Position numbers and translations under genes: made by a program. Shown here in pieces: positions 43,470-55,502 of a stretch of DNA of 63,315 nt; position 1 is the first letter of the stretch, and each line of letters opens with the position of its first letter. The DNA is taken from the NCBI GenBank assembly GCA_023231475.1, contig JALJEE010002763.1, forward strand, positions 1 through 63,315, in the 5' to 3' direction. The notes under the pieces were generated by a model. The model saw nothing but the letters and a program-made list of their open reading frames with translations. It was not told the origin of the DNA and ran no database searches. Source of the DNA: Seison nebaliae. Its lineage: Eukaryota.

Positions 43470-43724
43470 TCAATAAGAGAAAAAAGTCGACGTGAGAAGA
43501 GGATTGGCAGTTGGAGAAAACCTACTGTGGCGAAGAACGTAGTGTGCAAAGAAAGATCGTTTCCAAAGATCAATAAAGAGGAATCTGAGGAGAGGAGTCT
43601 CGACGTTTTGACGATGTAAGTAATCTAAAGCGAAAGAAACGTCAACGGAATCGAAGGCCTTAGAGAGTTCGAGAAAGAGACACGTCAATTCTGCAAACCA
43701 TCCGTTGTCACCTTGTTTCTCCAA
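43470..43724 (-). mobile_element. Degenerate non-LTR (LINE) reverse-transcriptase fragment
   Basis: The peptide 'CLFLELSKAFDSVD...LHRQNV...LLRFL...WKRSF' matches the LINE RT motif LDLSKAFDSV and the following helix. No PQG or YADD motif is recovered, and the segment is intergenic. Confidence 0.55.
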
Positions 43725-44169
43725 TTTATTCTACAGATAACACCCACTTTTCTAACTTGGATTTAAGTGTTCTGCTATCAATCCAATCTCTTCTTTTCCA
43801 TTATGGTTCTCCATAGTCCGAATTTAATAGTTCTACAACAACGTTTCCAGGAATCTAAGGAACTTGTTGAACCACAATGGCCTTTTGAAAAATATTGAAA
43901 ATTTTGTTAGAAAGTTATTCGATGTGAAAGAAATATATCCTTTTAGTGTAATGATCGCACTCCGTCAACATTCAAACGGTACTGTATGTATGAAAACTAT
44001 ACATAAAGCATGGGAAATTTGAAAAAAAAGAACATATTAGAAATTTAAATTGCTTCAATTTTAAATTAAAATAAACTTTTGATAAGGACAACTATATAAT
44101 TTTATTAAGTTTGGTAATTTTTTCAAATTAAATATCTGTTTTCACAATACAATTTCATTGCAGATAATC

Positions 44170-44794
44170 ATGGTAAGAAAGACGACGAAATCAACGGGTA
44201 GAGTTAGTAATCCGATTTCATAATTAGTTTGAACTTCGATAATTGCAGATAAGCAAGCCGAAACGTAACAAACGGAGGACATCCCGTATGATTGGCGATT
44301 CGGAGGAAGAAGTGGAAGACCTAAAGGTGCAAGTTAAAGAGGTTGAAAAAGAAGATACAACTGAAGAAAAGAAGGAGAATGAAGATGTGGAGAAAGAAGT
44401 GGATGAGGATGAGGTCAACATGGAGGATTCGAAAGAGAAAAAGAAAGAAATGGTAAAAGAAGCGGAAAAAGATGATGAAGAAATGTTTAAGAAGAAGAAA
44501 AAAGTTGTGAAAAAAGAAATAGAAGAAGACAAAAAATTTCAACTTGGAAACTCGAATAAATATGTGAATATTCGAATGTTTAAAGGTGTTCTATTATTAT
44601 CTTATCTCACTTATTTTTTCATTCTATTTTATCGTTAATTTCATTTGTAAGGTAAGAGATATGTGGATATTCGTGAATATTACACAGCGAAAGGAGAACT
44701 GTTACCAGGGAAGAAAGGTATCTCATTAAATGATGAAAATTGGAAATCATTTCTCGAACAGATTGAAGAAATAAAAGATATGTTCGAAAGATAA
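44170..44794 (+). CDS. SUB1: Transcriptional coactivator p15 / PC4
   Basis: Acidic/basic N-terminus, then the PC4 domain FQLGNSNKYVNIRMFKGKRYVDIREYYTAKGELLPGKKGISLNDENWKSF. Two introns. Confidence 0.9.
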
Positions 44795-44891
44795 CATTGA
44801 AACTCGTTTTGAGAGAATGAGATAATTTGTTTATTCTTATATAAATTTATTAACAAATTTGAAATATCATCAAAGTTTTTAAAATCATATT

Positions 44892-46001
44892 TCATTGTGG
44901 AGGATAACCAATTACCATGTTCGACGGATTCTGTTGGAATTGTTGCGTATCAATCATTTGTATTTGTTGTGGTTGTGCTGAAGGTATTGCATCATTGGGA
45001 AGATCGGTATATCCAATGGGATTTCCCGAATTGTCCAAAACTATAAATTTCTGTTGATTTCCTCCTGATGGTAATTGTTGAGGTTGTTGTTGTTGTTGAT
45101 TTGTTTCGTAATTATAATTTGTTGTGGGATGTGATTGATCATAATCTAATTGTCGATCAGATCGATGAACTTTGTTCGGTTCTCGATAATTGTCAGAATT
45201 ATCGTCAGGAAAATAATCATCATTTTTATCGAATGCTTTATTCGTAGCTTGTTTGATATCGTTATATGCATCTTTCATGTCATGCCATTTGCCTTTCTTC
45301 AATTTATATCTATTTTCATTTATCCAGTTAATAAGAAATTAATCATAAATAAAACCGTTTCATTTGTTGCAAACCATAAATAAGAAGCAGTAGCGATGCG
45401 ATAAATAAGAAGACACAACCGAAAGCGCTAACAGCAATCATTGACAATGAAGTGGTGGCTGGTGGATTTGATAATTCACCTTCAAACACACCTAAACTTG
45501 CTGCCTAAATTTTTAGAACGTTAATTAGAATGATAAAAAATTAAAAGTGAACTATTAATATTGAGCCGAAGATACCGAGAATGCCAACGATAATGAACCA
45601 AAGGAATCCTCGTACACAAACGATGAATGCAATGACACTCATCAAGAATGCAGGAATATAGCATAACATTGCAACTACTTGGAGTGCTTGAATAGTCTTC
45701 ATGGCGGCTAAATGGAAATAATTGAAATATATATTTTCATATTAAAAGACAAACTTGGTAATTGAACGTTTTGGAGACCGGTCCTCAAACTCGTTCGATT
45801 TCCATGCCAACTGGCACAATTATCTACATTCCTCCCATTTTGGATGTCACATATTCTCCATAAACCCGATTCCATTTCCAGTGTGTCGAAACGGAGCCAT
45901 GTTGGCGATGAGAAAGCGACGATATTGAGAATAAATGAGAGGACCATCAGAAGTATTCCAACTAGAAGGATGATCCTCAACGCGTTTACACTAATTGCCA
46001 T
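44892..46001 (-). CDS. Claudin/PMP22-like four-TM protein with Q/P-rich cytoplasmic tail
   Basis: TM1 followed by W...GLWRIC...C (claudin W-GLW-C-C signature), three further hydrophobic segments and three GTT..AG introns. Confidence 0.75.
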
Positions 46002-47842
46002 TTTAGTGACCCGTTAATTTCGTTGAACTCTCATATAAAGAATGCGGGGAACATAGACAATGAATGAATAATGATCTTACTTGTTTCTCTAACAATAAAT
46101 ATCTGAAGTTAATTGAACGTATTAATTCTCATCTCTACCCCCAAACCAGAACTAACAAAGTGAATCGTAAAAAATTAATTTTTGATAATAGTCACTAATA
46201 TTTCTCCTATTCTCATCTATTCATTTCATTCAACATACACTCATCCATCTCTTCTATATCGTCTTATAACAATTGGTAGAACTAACTAAACTACGATCTC
46301 TATTTAGATATGTTTATTCTTTTTTCTATATATATTTATATATACATATATACAAATCGCGAATCTAACAATCTTTCCATGTGCATCATAGGAACGAAAC
46401 GTATATTGAAGTTTAGATGTATATGTGTTTTTGTTGTACGTCGAATTGGTAAAATAAAATTTTATGTATCCACCAAATATTTATGTATCACGTTAGACGA
46501 CACCCAAAGGACGAATTATCAATACGTCACAGTTCATTGGATGAGTAAAACGATGATGATAAGAAAAGGGAAATTGTATGAGAAAAAAATTATTTACGAA
46601 AGTCGTAAAACTAATCCGGTAGACGATATGGAAAAAAAATTATGAAAGTATTTTACGTGATTTTATTTATTCCGATAAGAAGAGAATTGATCCCGATACA
46701 ACTCCTCCGTCGTCAAACAGATCGATAGTATTTTCCTCATGTTCACTGACGTCACAATAGCAATTTAAGCTTCAAGAAACGATAGTCGAAAAGAAAACAT
46801 ATCCACGAAATATTAACCAATGTCAAGGTAGAAAAAAGCATTTCACATCCTTTGAGAGAATAATGAATAATTTCAGTTCATAGAAATTCATTTCGTCTTT
46901 CTTTTTTCATTTATCATCAATTTAATGGTCGATCAATAAATCGATACAGAAGAGAATTAAATGACAAATAAATCAACCAGGAAAAAAGGAAGCGATTGAA
47001 AAAATAAGAAAAAGTATAAATCTTTCGGATAAACAAATTGAGTGAAGCTGAAATTGAGATCGACTTTTCTTTTGGACCAGAAGATGTGGCGATAAAAAAC
47101 GACAATTCGCATTTAATGAATGAAGGAACGAAATTAGTATTTTTTCTCTCACTCCCAATGAAAGGTGTGAATTTGTAGGAAAATTGTCGATCTGTTTTGT
47201 CCATCTTCAGATCTCTATGTTCAACTCAAATAAATTAAGGAGAATCATTTGTAATAATAATTATGAAAATAAATTATAAAAGAATAATAACAAATTGAAT
47301 TGACAAATGCAAATGGATCGAGAGCATTTCTGTTCTTCGTTCACGAGGAAAAGATGAATCTTCAAATTAACAAACAAAAGATGAGGATTTTTTGTTGGGT
47401 GAATAAAAATGATTTTTTTCAAATTTTATAATATGAACCAACATCTTTAGTGGTGAACGAAAACGTTATTTTTTCAGTTTAGTTGATCGACATTAAGAGA
47501 AAGAATAAGGATAAAGCAAAATTTCGGAGGAAGTTTTTCGTTTTTAATTTTGTTTGTTGTCGTCGTCGTCGTCGTTGTTGTCGTGTTCTTAGAATTCGGG
47601 TCGAAATATAATATGTGATTTATCTAATCGCTTAAATATTTGGCAATATATCTGATGGATTAGATGATTGAGTGACTGATTATTGATTGAATCAACTGGG
47701 TAATAGAATGTATGTTGGATGAGTATAAGAAGTTTCTTTTGTGTTCGAGTGTGATGAAGAGAAGAAGATGATGATTCTTAGATTGAACAAGACGAAAATT
47801 ATAATTTCATTCTTTTTTTTTTGATAATTGATGGAATAGACT

Positions 47843-49316
47843 TCAGATATATTGCCAAATCTTCACCAATTTGTCAACACCACCTGTGGCAATCATCAAT
47901 TTATTGGGATGTAAGGCAACAGTCGTACAAAAATGTGAATGACATTCCAATGAACTGACATAATGTTTCCGAACCAGATCCCAAACTTTCACCGTTTTAT
48001 CGTCACTGGCGGAGAGGAGACAATGACTGAAAGGCATGAACACAACCTCTCTCACCCAATTGTTATGTCCTTGTAAAGTGAAGAGCAAGGTACCGTTATC
48101 ACCATTCCATATTTTTATCATTCGATCTCGACTACCAGACGCCAACAAATGCTCAATTTCATCTAATGATTTTCCTTTCGATTTATCTTTCGATCCATTC
48201 ATTTTTATATCAGTCGTAATAGAAGAAATTTCTTTTTTAATCGGAGGTCCCCAAGCAACACATTCTACTATATGATCATGACCTTGGAGAACTTCGGTGA
48301 TTTGATAATTTTTCAATTCCCAAATTTGAATTAAATTATTATTTCCACATGCTGCCAACGTCGTTCCATCATCATGGATTCGAACCATTCTTATCCAATT
48401 TCCAGCCGTTAATCGTTGGTTCGAATAACCGGTATTGACAGACCATTGTTGAATGGATTGATCACGTGAACCCGAATAGACGACTTGGGATGATGGTGAA
48501 ACACAAACACTCGTTATCGTATGAGTATGACCGGTGAAAGTATTGATACATTTAATGGAACGTTCATTCGTCATCATATCCCAAATTTTTATTCTCAAAT
48601 CGGCCGAACATGAAACGAGCAATTTGCCGTTTGATGAGAAGGAGATATCTTGGACAACATCTGTATGTCCATGTAATGTCTGTTCGAAAACTCCAGTTTC
48701 ATAATTCCATAAACGAATAGTGGAATCTTGACTAGATGATGCCAAAATGGAGAAAATCGGATGGAAAATCACTCGAGTAACCTCCGACCGATGACCAGCC
48801 AAAACAAATTTTTCAGTAAAACATTTTGGAATCGAACTACTTCCTGTCGACGACACACTATTGGCCATGGAGAAAACGGATTCGGAGTCTTTACTCGAAA
48901 CTTTCACTTTCTCTTCCAATAATCCATTCGTCTTCTCTAACTCCATTACTCGCTGCTGCAATCGAACCACCGCGCCCCATTTATTGGTGAGGAGACCATC
49001 ATATTTCTTATTTGTCTTGTCGAAATCTAATTGTGTTTCATTTAAAAATTCTTCTAATGTTTTCGATAAACCTGTTAATGTCATCAATAAACACAATTGA
49101 GATTAATAGAAGATTTATTATTGATAAATTTCATAAAATAATAATGAATGGAAAAAATAAACAAAAATTTTCAAATTTTCTTTAAAAACAATTTGATTAA
49201 AATCAATTAAAGAGGATTAAAGGCGATGATGATGAAGTGGATGTTTAACCTTTTTCCGTTAAATAATTGGCGATGGATTGATGTAGGTCATTGAGTTGTT
49301 TCGCAGATAATATCAT
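47843..49316 (-). CDS. PAFAH1B1: Lissencephaly-1 homologue (LisH, coiled coil, 7 WD40)
   Basis: First exon MILSAKQLNDLHQSIANYLTEKG, intron 49072-49249, then KYDGLLTNKWGAVVRLQQRVMELE, GHRSEVTRVIFHP, GHTDVVQDISF, GHNNWVR and HSHFCT. Confidence 0.9.
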
Positions 49317-51025
49317 TCTTCAAATTCTCTTCCAGTGTGAAAAGATGTTTATTGAAATTCGGTTGACATTCAACTAAATTTAGATCTAAAATGTCCGATT
49401 GAGAATTGGAAGTAAATCAACAGAAACGAATAAAAGGAGAATTATTAAAATTAGATGTTGGAAGAATCTTATTTCATTCATGTTAATTATCATATACTTG
49501 ACATTCAACTAATCATGAAAGGAATTGACATAAATAGAGAGAATATGAAAAGAAATTCATTCAAAATTCATTCGATTTCTTTAGGTATCTCTCGTTCTAT
49601 CATTCGTTCGTTCGTTCTTTCTGAGTTGGGAGAATTATTGAAAGAATACGAAAGGAGAAGGGAAGTGAGAATGGGAAAGGAAACATAAAAACCATTAAAT
49701 AAAATTTTAACGAAAAGTCGATAATAAAAATGAGGAAATTTCCGCAATTATTCGGGAGGACTTCTCAATTTTTTCTTCTTTTTTTTTAGACAATCACAAT
49801 TCGAATAAAACAAATTAAACAACAATTGATCAGAAGATACAGAATGAAATCTAACACAAAATTCCTTCTCTTCACAATTACATAACACATATTTCTCTCG
49901 AGCGATTTCTTCTTCAAAAAAAATTATTTTTTTCAAATAAATTATTGATATTCTTCTACTTCCTTTTAATCGATCAATGGACATATACGTCTCAATAATT
50001 AGGAAATAAATAAATGAATGACAATATTATTAGTAATACTGACAAGATGATCATATGCACACAATTCTCCTCCTCGCCCAGTACACATATACAGGACGAG
50101 TGATTTATTCAATAATTTCCTATACACTCCTCTCCACCCCAACACACAGTCGATGTGTCGCTGTAAATTCTGAGAAATTAATATGGGTAGCGACGAACTC
50201 AAGCCCTATAATTAAATATGGAAAGATCAGATTTATTCTATTTACAGTATCTCCAATCTCAATTCACTTTTTCCCTTTCAATTTTACTAATGACTTATCT
50301 CCAAAATATTATTTAAAATTCTAAATATTTTAATTTAACCTCTTCACAAAGATAATCCATCTATCAATCATTAAAACTTTTCCATATCATTCAAATGGCA
50401 TTCAAATTCAGGATGAAATTATATAAAAGAAAACCGGACTTGTCCTTAAATTTTGGAATACTCCTTTGATAAACGAATAGTTGACTAAAGCATTTCGAGA
50501 TAGCATAACTTTAAGAAACATTTTTTAAAAATTTCAATTCCTAACATTCATTTACAAAATGGATAAATTTTTTTATTTTACTTCTATAATGTGCCGAACG
50601 TTTTAGCTCAAAAAGTTTAAATTAAAAGTCCTTTGATATCCTGGATTTAAAATTGATATATTAAGTTCAAACAACCAGAAATCGAGGGAAAAGTTTCAGT
50701 AAAAAATATGAGAAAAGTCGAATATGAAATTTCCATTTGTGCCATAACTTTGTCAAAACTTGAATTTGTTCTTCATTCTCGATAGAAGAAAGAAGAAACT
50801 TTTCTTGAAAACATTTATAATTGAGTTAATTAATTTGATAGTTAGGTATTAGGTATTAGTAATTTGACTTAAGTGGACAGTTGGGCATCTATCAACATTT
50901 TATAGAAGAAATGTTTATTCTTTGCCAAAGTCTTCGTTGTTATAAGAAATTAAGGAATTGGGTTGAATAAAGATGGATTAAATAAAAACGATTAGTTTTC
51001 AATTCATTTTTATTCGCATGAAATT

Positions 51026-51938
51026 ATGATTTTCATATTCTTAATTTCTTTTATGATTTTTTATAAGTTTAATTTCCTTCGATAATTTCAAAATATATTC
51101 TCCTCCGCCAGAGTCTTATCGAGGAAGAGTATTCCCTGTATTGTTGGAGACCGTTAATTTTTCTTTTAAAGTTAATTGTGACATATCTCTAATAGCCCAT
51201 TATATTTTAGTTCATAATTTCTGTTTTTATCTCCATCATGCTCCCGAACCGATGAACGAGGCAGCACTTATTTGTAAGGAACGAGGTGCCGAACTGATTT
51301 CGTTCAATAACGATAGATGGTATGAGGAAGAGATGACTGGTTAGAAATTAAGTTATCAGTTATTGATGAATATGAAAATTGAAGAAGTGTTGAGGACGTT
51401 GTTCGTTCAAGATGTTTGGGTGAATATCAAGAGACAATTTGATTATAATGGGAAATCGGTATGGTTATGGCAACGATATGATAAACGATTATCCGAACGG
51501 AAACATTTACCTGAGTCAAGTATTTTCGGGAATGTCTTGTGGAATACTATAGAAATGAATATGGATCATTGTGCATCACTCAGTTTCGATATGGCACTTG
51601 GTCTACGATCAACTTATTGTAGTGAACGATATTATTTCGTTTGTCGTTTAGGTGATAAGGATGGGAAGAAAGTGGAATATAAATGTGTAAAGAATGAATG
51701 GGAAGATTTTTATTTCAAAATTTTAATGGGCGCTATATCATTTACCATATTAACTTGCGTCATCTTCTTTTATCTCTATTACAGATTGTATACATCTTTA
51801 TTCTCCAAAAATCGTCCTATGGGTGAAAATGTTAAAAATCGTTTGAATTTTTTTGACGGGAAAATGATGACAGCAGAACCTGTAGTTCATGACCGTTTTG
51901 AAAATGCTCCATTTCGACAACCAATCGACATTAAGTGA
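51026..51938 (+). CDS. Type I membrane C-type lectin domain protein
   Basis: Signal peptide, 'C...FCFY...EAALICKERGAELIS', 'VWVN', 'HCASL...C...YFVC' and a C-terminal TM segment. Three short GTT introns. Confidence 0.75.
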
Positions 51939-52472
51939 AAAGATCAATAAAATTTTTATAATTCTTCGTTTAACTTTACATGTTTTGAGAAAGATATCAG
52001 ACAAACAGAACAGTGAGAAAAAAGATAGATAATATGTATAAAGAGGCAATCAATAGAATGGATATACTTGTTTATCATTATCATCATCATCATCATTCAT
52101 TTGTTGTTGTCATTTATTTTTAGCGATGAAAATAAAAATATTTCACTTTCTTTTAATAATTATTGTAAGAGATTCGACCATTCCAATCCATATTTTCATC
52201 AAACATCCATCGAGATAAAATTTCAATAAAATTTCAACAAAGAAAATACTTTTTTTAAAATAATAAATAATAAAAGTCTTCTTCTTGTGTGTTTAGAGAA
52301 CGATATTGTTTTAGGAGTAATTGTAATAGTTGTAGCAGTAAGATTTGTAGTTATAGTAAGGAGAAGTGATAATTGAACTTCTGTGTTGATTGTGTGTTGA
52401 AGGAAACTTATTATTTTGTGCAATTTTGTAAATTTTGTGTTGAGAAGAGTTGTTGAATGAAAGAGACTTTCG

Positions 52473-55400
52473 TTAAGAATCACCAGAATCGTCGACGATT
52501 GGATAGGGGGAATTTGGCGTCGAACAATGAGCGAACGCGTCTTCTTTATTTTCGATTTTTAACAAGGCACATCCGAGTAAGGTAGATGAATCCATGTCTT
52601 CAATTGATTGTCGAATGCCATCATTCTGGAAATAGATATGGAAATTTAAAAAAAAATTGTCTCTACATAAATATATTTGTGTTCTCTACGTAAATAATTT
52701 TATTAGAAAAACATTTACATATCTCTTCATCCTTTTTACAATCTCTTTTCCTATGACAACTATCAGTTTTTAAAGTCCTCTCCTTCTGAGTCAGGTGAAC
52801 CTTGCATTGAGCCTTCTACATCTGCTTCTGAGTTTATATAGACCTGTCCGTAACCGTATAAATTCTGCTGTGATATCTTATCTCCTGTGTAGGATCTCTA
52901 GAAATTTTCATTTTATATTAAAACTTTTTTTTCAAATATATCTTATAGTTTTTTGGGAGAAAAAGTCTCAGATTTCCAATGTTGTAAAAAAAATTCAAAT
53001 AATTGTTTTCACCAACCAATCTAAAAACTATTGGAGATTTGCTTGGATCTTCTAGAATCTTTCTCAAATTCGCTCCAACTTTATTGAAAGAACAATTAGT
53101 TGAGGAATGAAATAAGAATTGAAAATTAACCCAAAACCACATCTCTACCATCCACCAAATTAGCGTTCACTAATTCTCTGGCAATTGCGTCCACTCGATC
53201 TTTTCCAGGCGTAAAATCGAACTTTATATCATTCAATTCACCTTGTCCATTTCTACCAAATAACGTCATTTAAATATTATTCAAATTGAAAAGAAGAATT
53301 AACCTCAATCTTAAGACGAGACGTAATATTGGCATTAAGGCGTCTTTAATTTCAGGAATTTCCGCATTCTGAAAATATTCAAAATTTTCATTTGAAATTC
53401 AAAAATTGAAATAAAAAGAAATTAGAGTAATAGAAAAAATAAAAAAAATTTCATGAAATAAATTTAAAATCGTTCTCAAAATAATCCTTTAAACTTAATT
53501 TAAAAAAAATGGGAAGAAGTAGAATGGAATTACATCTTTCAACGGAGTAACGAATAAACGCTTGATCTTACTAAATATGCCCTAAGATTTAGAAAAGATA
53601 TTATTTTCATACAATTCTACTAATGAGTGATGACATTGATCATTATTAGAATTTTCATAGAAAAATTTTCCCAAAAAACAGAAACTCCACGAAACTTCAT
53701 TTGATGATTTTTTGGTAGGTTTAGACTCGCCAATTTCTTTTGTATTTTCTTTCATTTGTTTCTTTAATTCGTCTGTTTGAGTGGTTGTCTTCTCCGTATC
53801 TAGTTTGGGGTCATTTGTTGCTGATGGATGTGAAGAAGAGTTTTGTACAGCTAAAGAAATTAATGAATAAATGAAGAAAATAAATGAAGAAAATAAAAGT
53901 TGAACTATTAGGCGGAGGCACTGGCATGACAGGATTGGTAGATTTTGGTCTCGGTTGGACTATTTTATCGTCGACTACAGTAGATGGCGGTCGTTCAACA
54001 TGTACTGATTTATCTTTCAATCCGTTTGTTGTTTTAGATTCTTCTGGTTCATCTTTACCTGTGCCCGTCATTTTATTAAGTCGGTTGTTTGTGCCTTCAC
54101 CCTCAACTTCATTCGCCATCTTCTGTCCAACATAATTGAATTCCCATAAATCTTCTCCTGTCGTTTTGTTCGATTGAGTTCTATCAACTTCTGTTTTCTG
54201 ATGAGAAACGGCAAGAATTGATTTGGGAACAGTCGATGGTGGTCGTTGTGGTTGCGATGGTTCGGAAACGACTTTTTTAACCGGTTGTTGTTGTTGTTGT
54301 TGTTGTGGTGATGGTGATGGTGCTGAATGTTGAGCAGATTGATTTTGAACTACATTTGGAACCTGATTGTTGGATGTAGAAGGTTCTTCTTCGCCGCCTG
54401 CCCATACAGCTGAATTTGGAAGTTTCACTGCAGTTGATGCTCCTAAACCGGATGCTGTTTCTTTCGGATCTGCTGGCATCGCTGCTGGTACCAATGGAGC
54501 AATAGCAACTCCAGCAGCAACGGCTGTACTTTGTTTGGCGAATTTACTCATTCGTTGTCGTATTAATGGTTGACTGACGGTTTTTGCAACGAACGCTTTA
54601 TCTTTGGCTTTCTTGAAAAAATCATGTTTTAATAATTGTTTAGCTGATAATCGATCAGCTGGATCTTTTTTTAGACATTCAGAAATCACTTTCCTAAACG
54701 TCTTACTATATTGTTTATATTGATCTCTTTCAGTGGCACATGTGTCCAATGTTGGTGGATCATTTTGTACGGTCATCATCAAAACTTTCATTGGTGTATA
54801 TTTATGATATGGAGCTGTACCTGTAGCTAATTCGATTGCTGTTATTCCAAAACTCCAAATATCTGCCTTCGTATCATAACCGAGACGATTATCTTCATTC
54901 GTCGCTTGTTGCATAACTTCCGGTGCCATCCAACATGGCGTTCCAACGAATGTATGTCTCTCCTTTTCACGACTCTTATCTCCACCAATGGCAATGAATG
55001 AGGAAACACCAAAATCAGCAATCTGAACTTCACCATCAGCTCCAACAAGAATATTTCCCGCTTTGATATCTCGATGGATTTGACCATTCGCATGGAAATA
55101 TTCCAAACCTTTCAACACTTCACGTAAGACAGTTGCAATTGTCGCTTCATCCAAAACGCCATATTTATAATCTGGATGTTTCTGTCGCATTTTAATCACA
55201 TCTAACAATGAACCACCGTCTAACAATTTCATAGCGAGCCATAATTCTTCTTTGACGACGAACGATCGATAATATGTAACGACATTCTCATGTTGACATT
55301 GACTCATGACAAGAATCTCTTTCATTAATTCATCCATGGATGTATTACATTTCTCCAAGTTAATTCGTTTGATAGCGACAGCATCACCGGTTGGTCGATA

Positions 55401-55502
55401 TCTCGCTTTTTGTACAATTGCTGTCGCACCACTACCAATCACCTCGAGAAGTTCATAATCATCTTGATTGTTCGAATATTGTTGACGTACTGGTTCTGTC
55501 AT
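52473..55502 (-). CDS. OXSR1: STE20-family kinase OSR1/SPAK (Fray) with C-terminal CCT domain and two alternative last exons
   Basis: Kinase motifs [29 protein letters not shown] and [17 protein letters not shown] domain [60 protein letters not shown]. Last exon is either 52763-52897 or 52473-52625. Confidence 0.9.
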
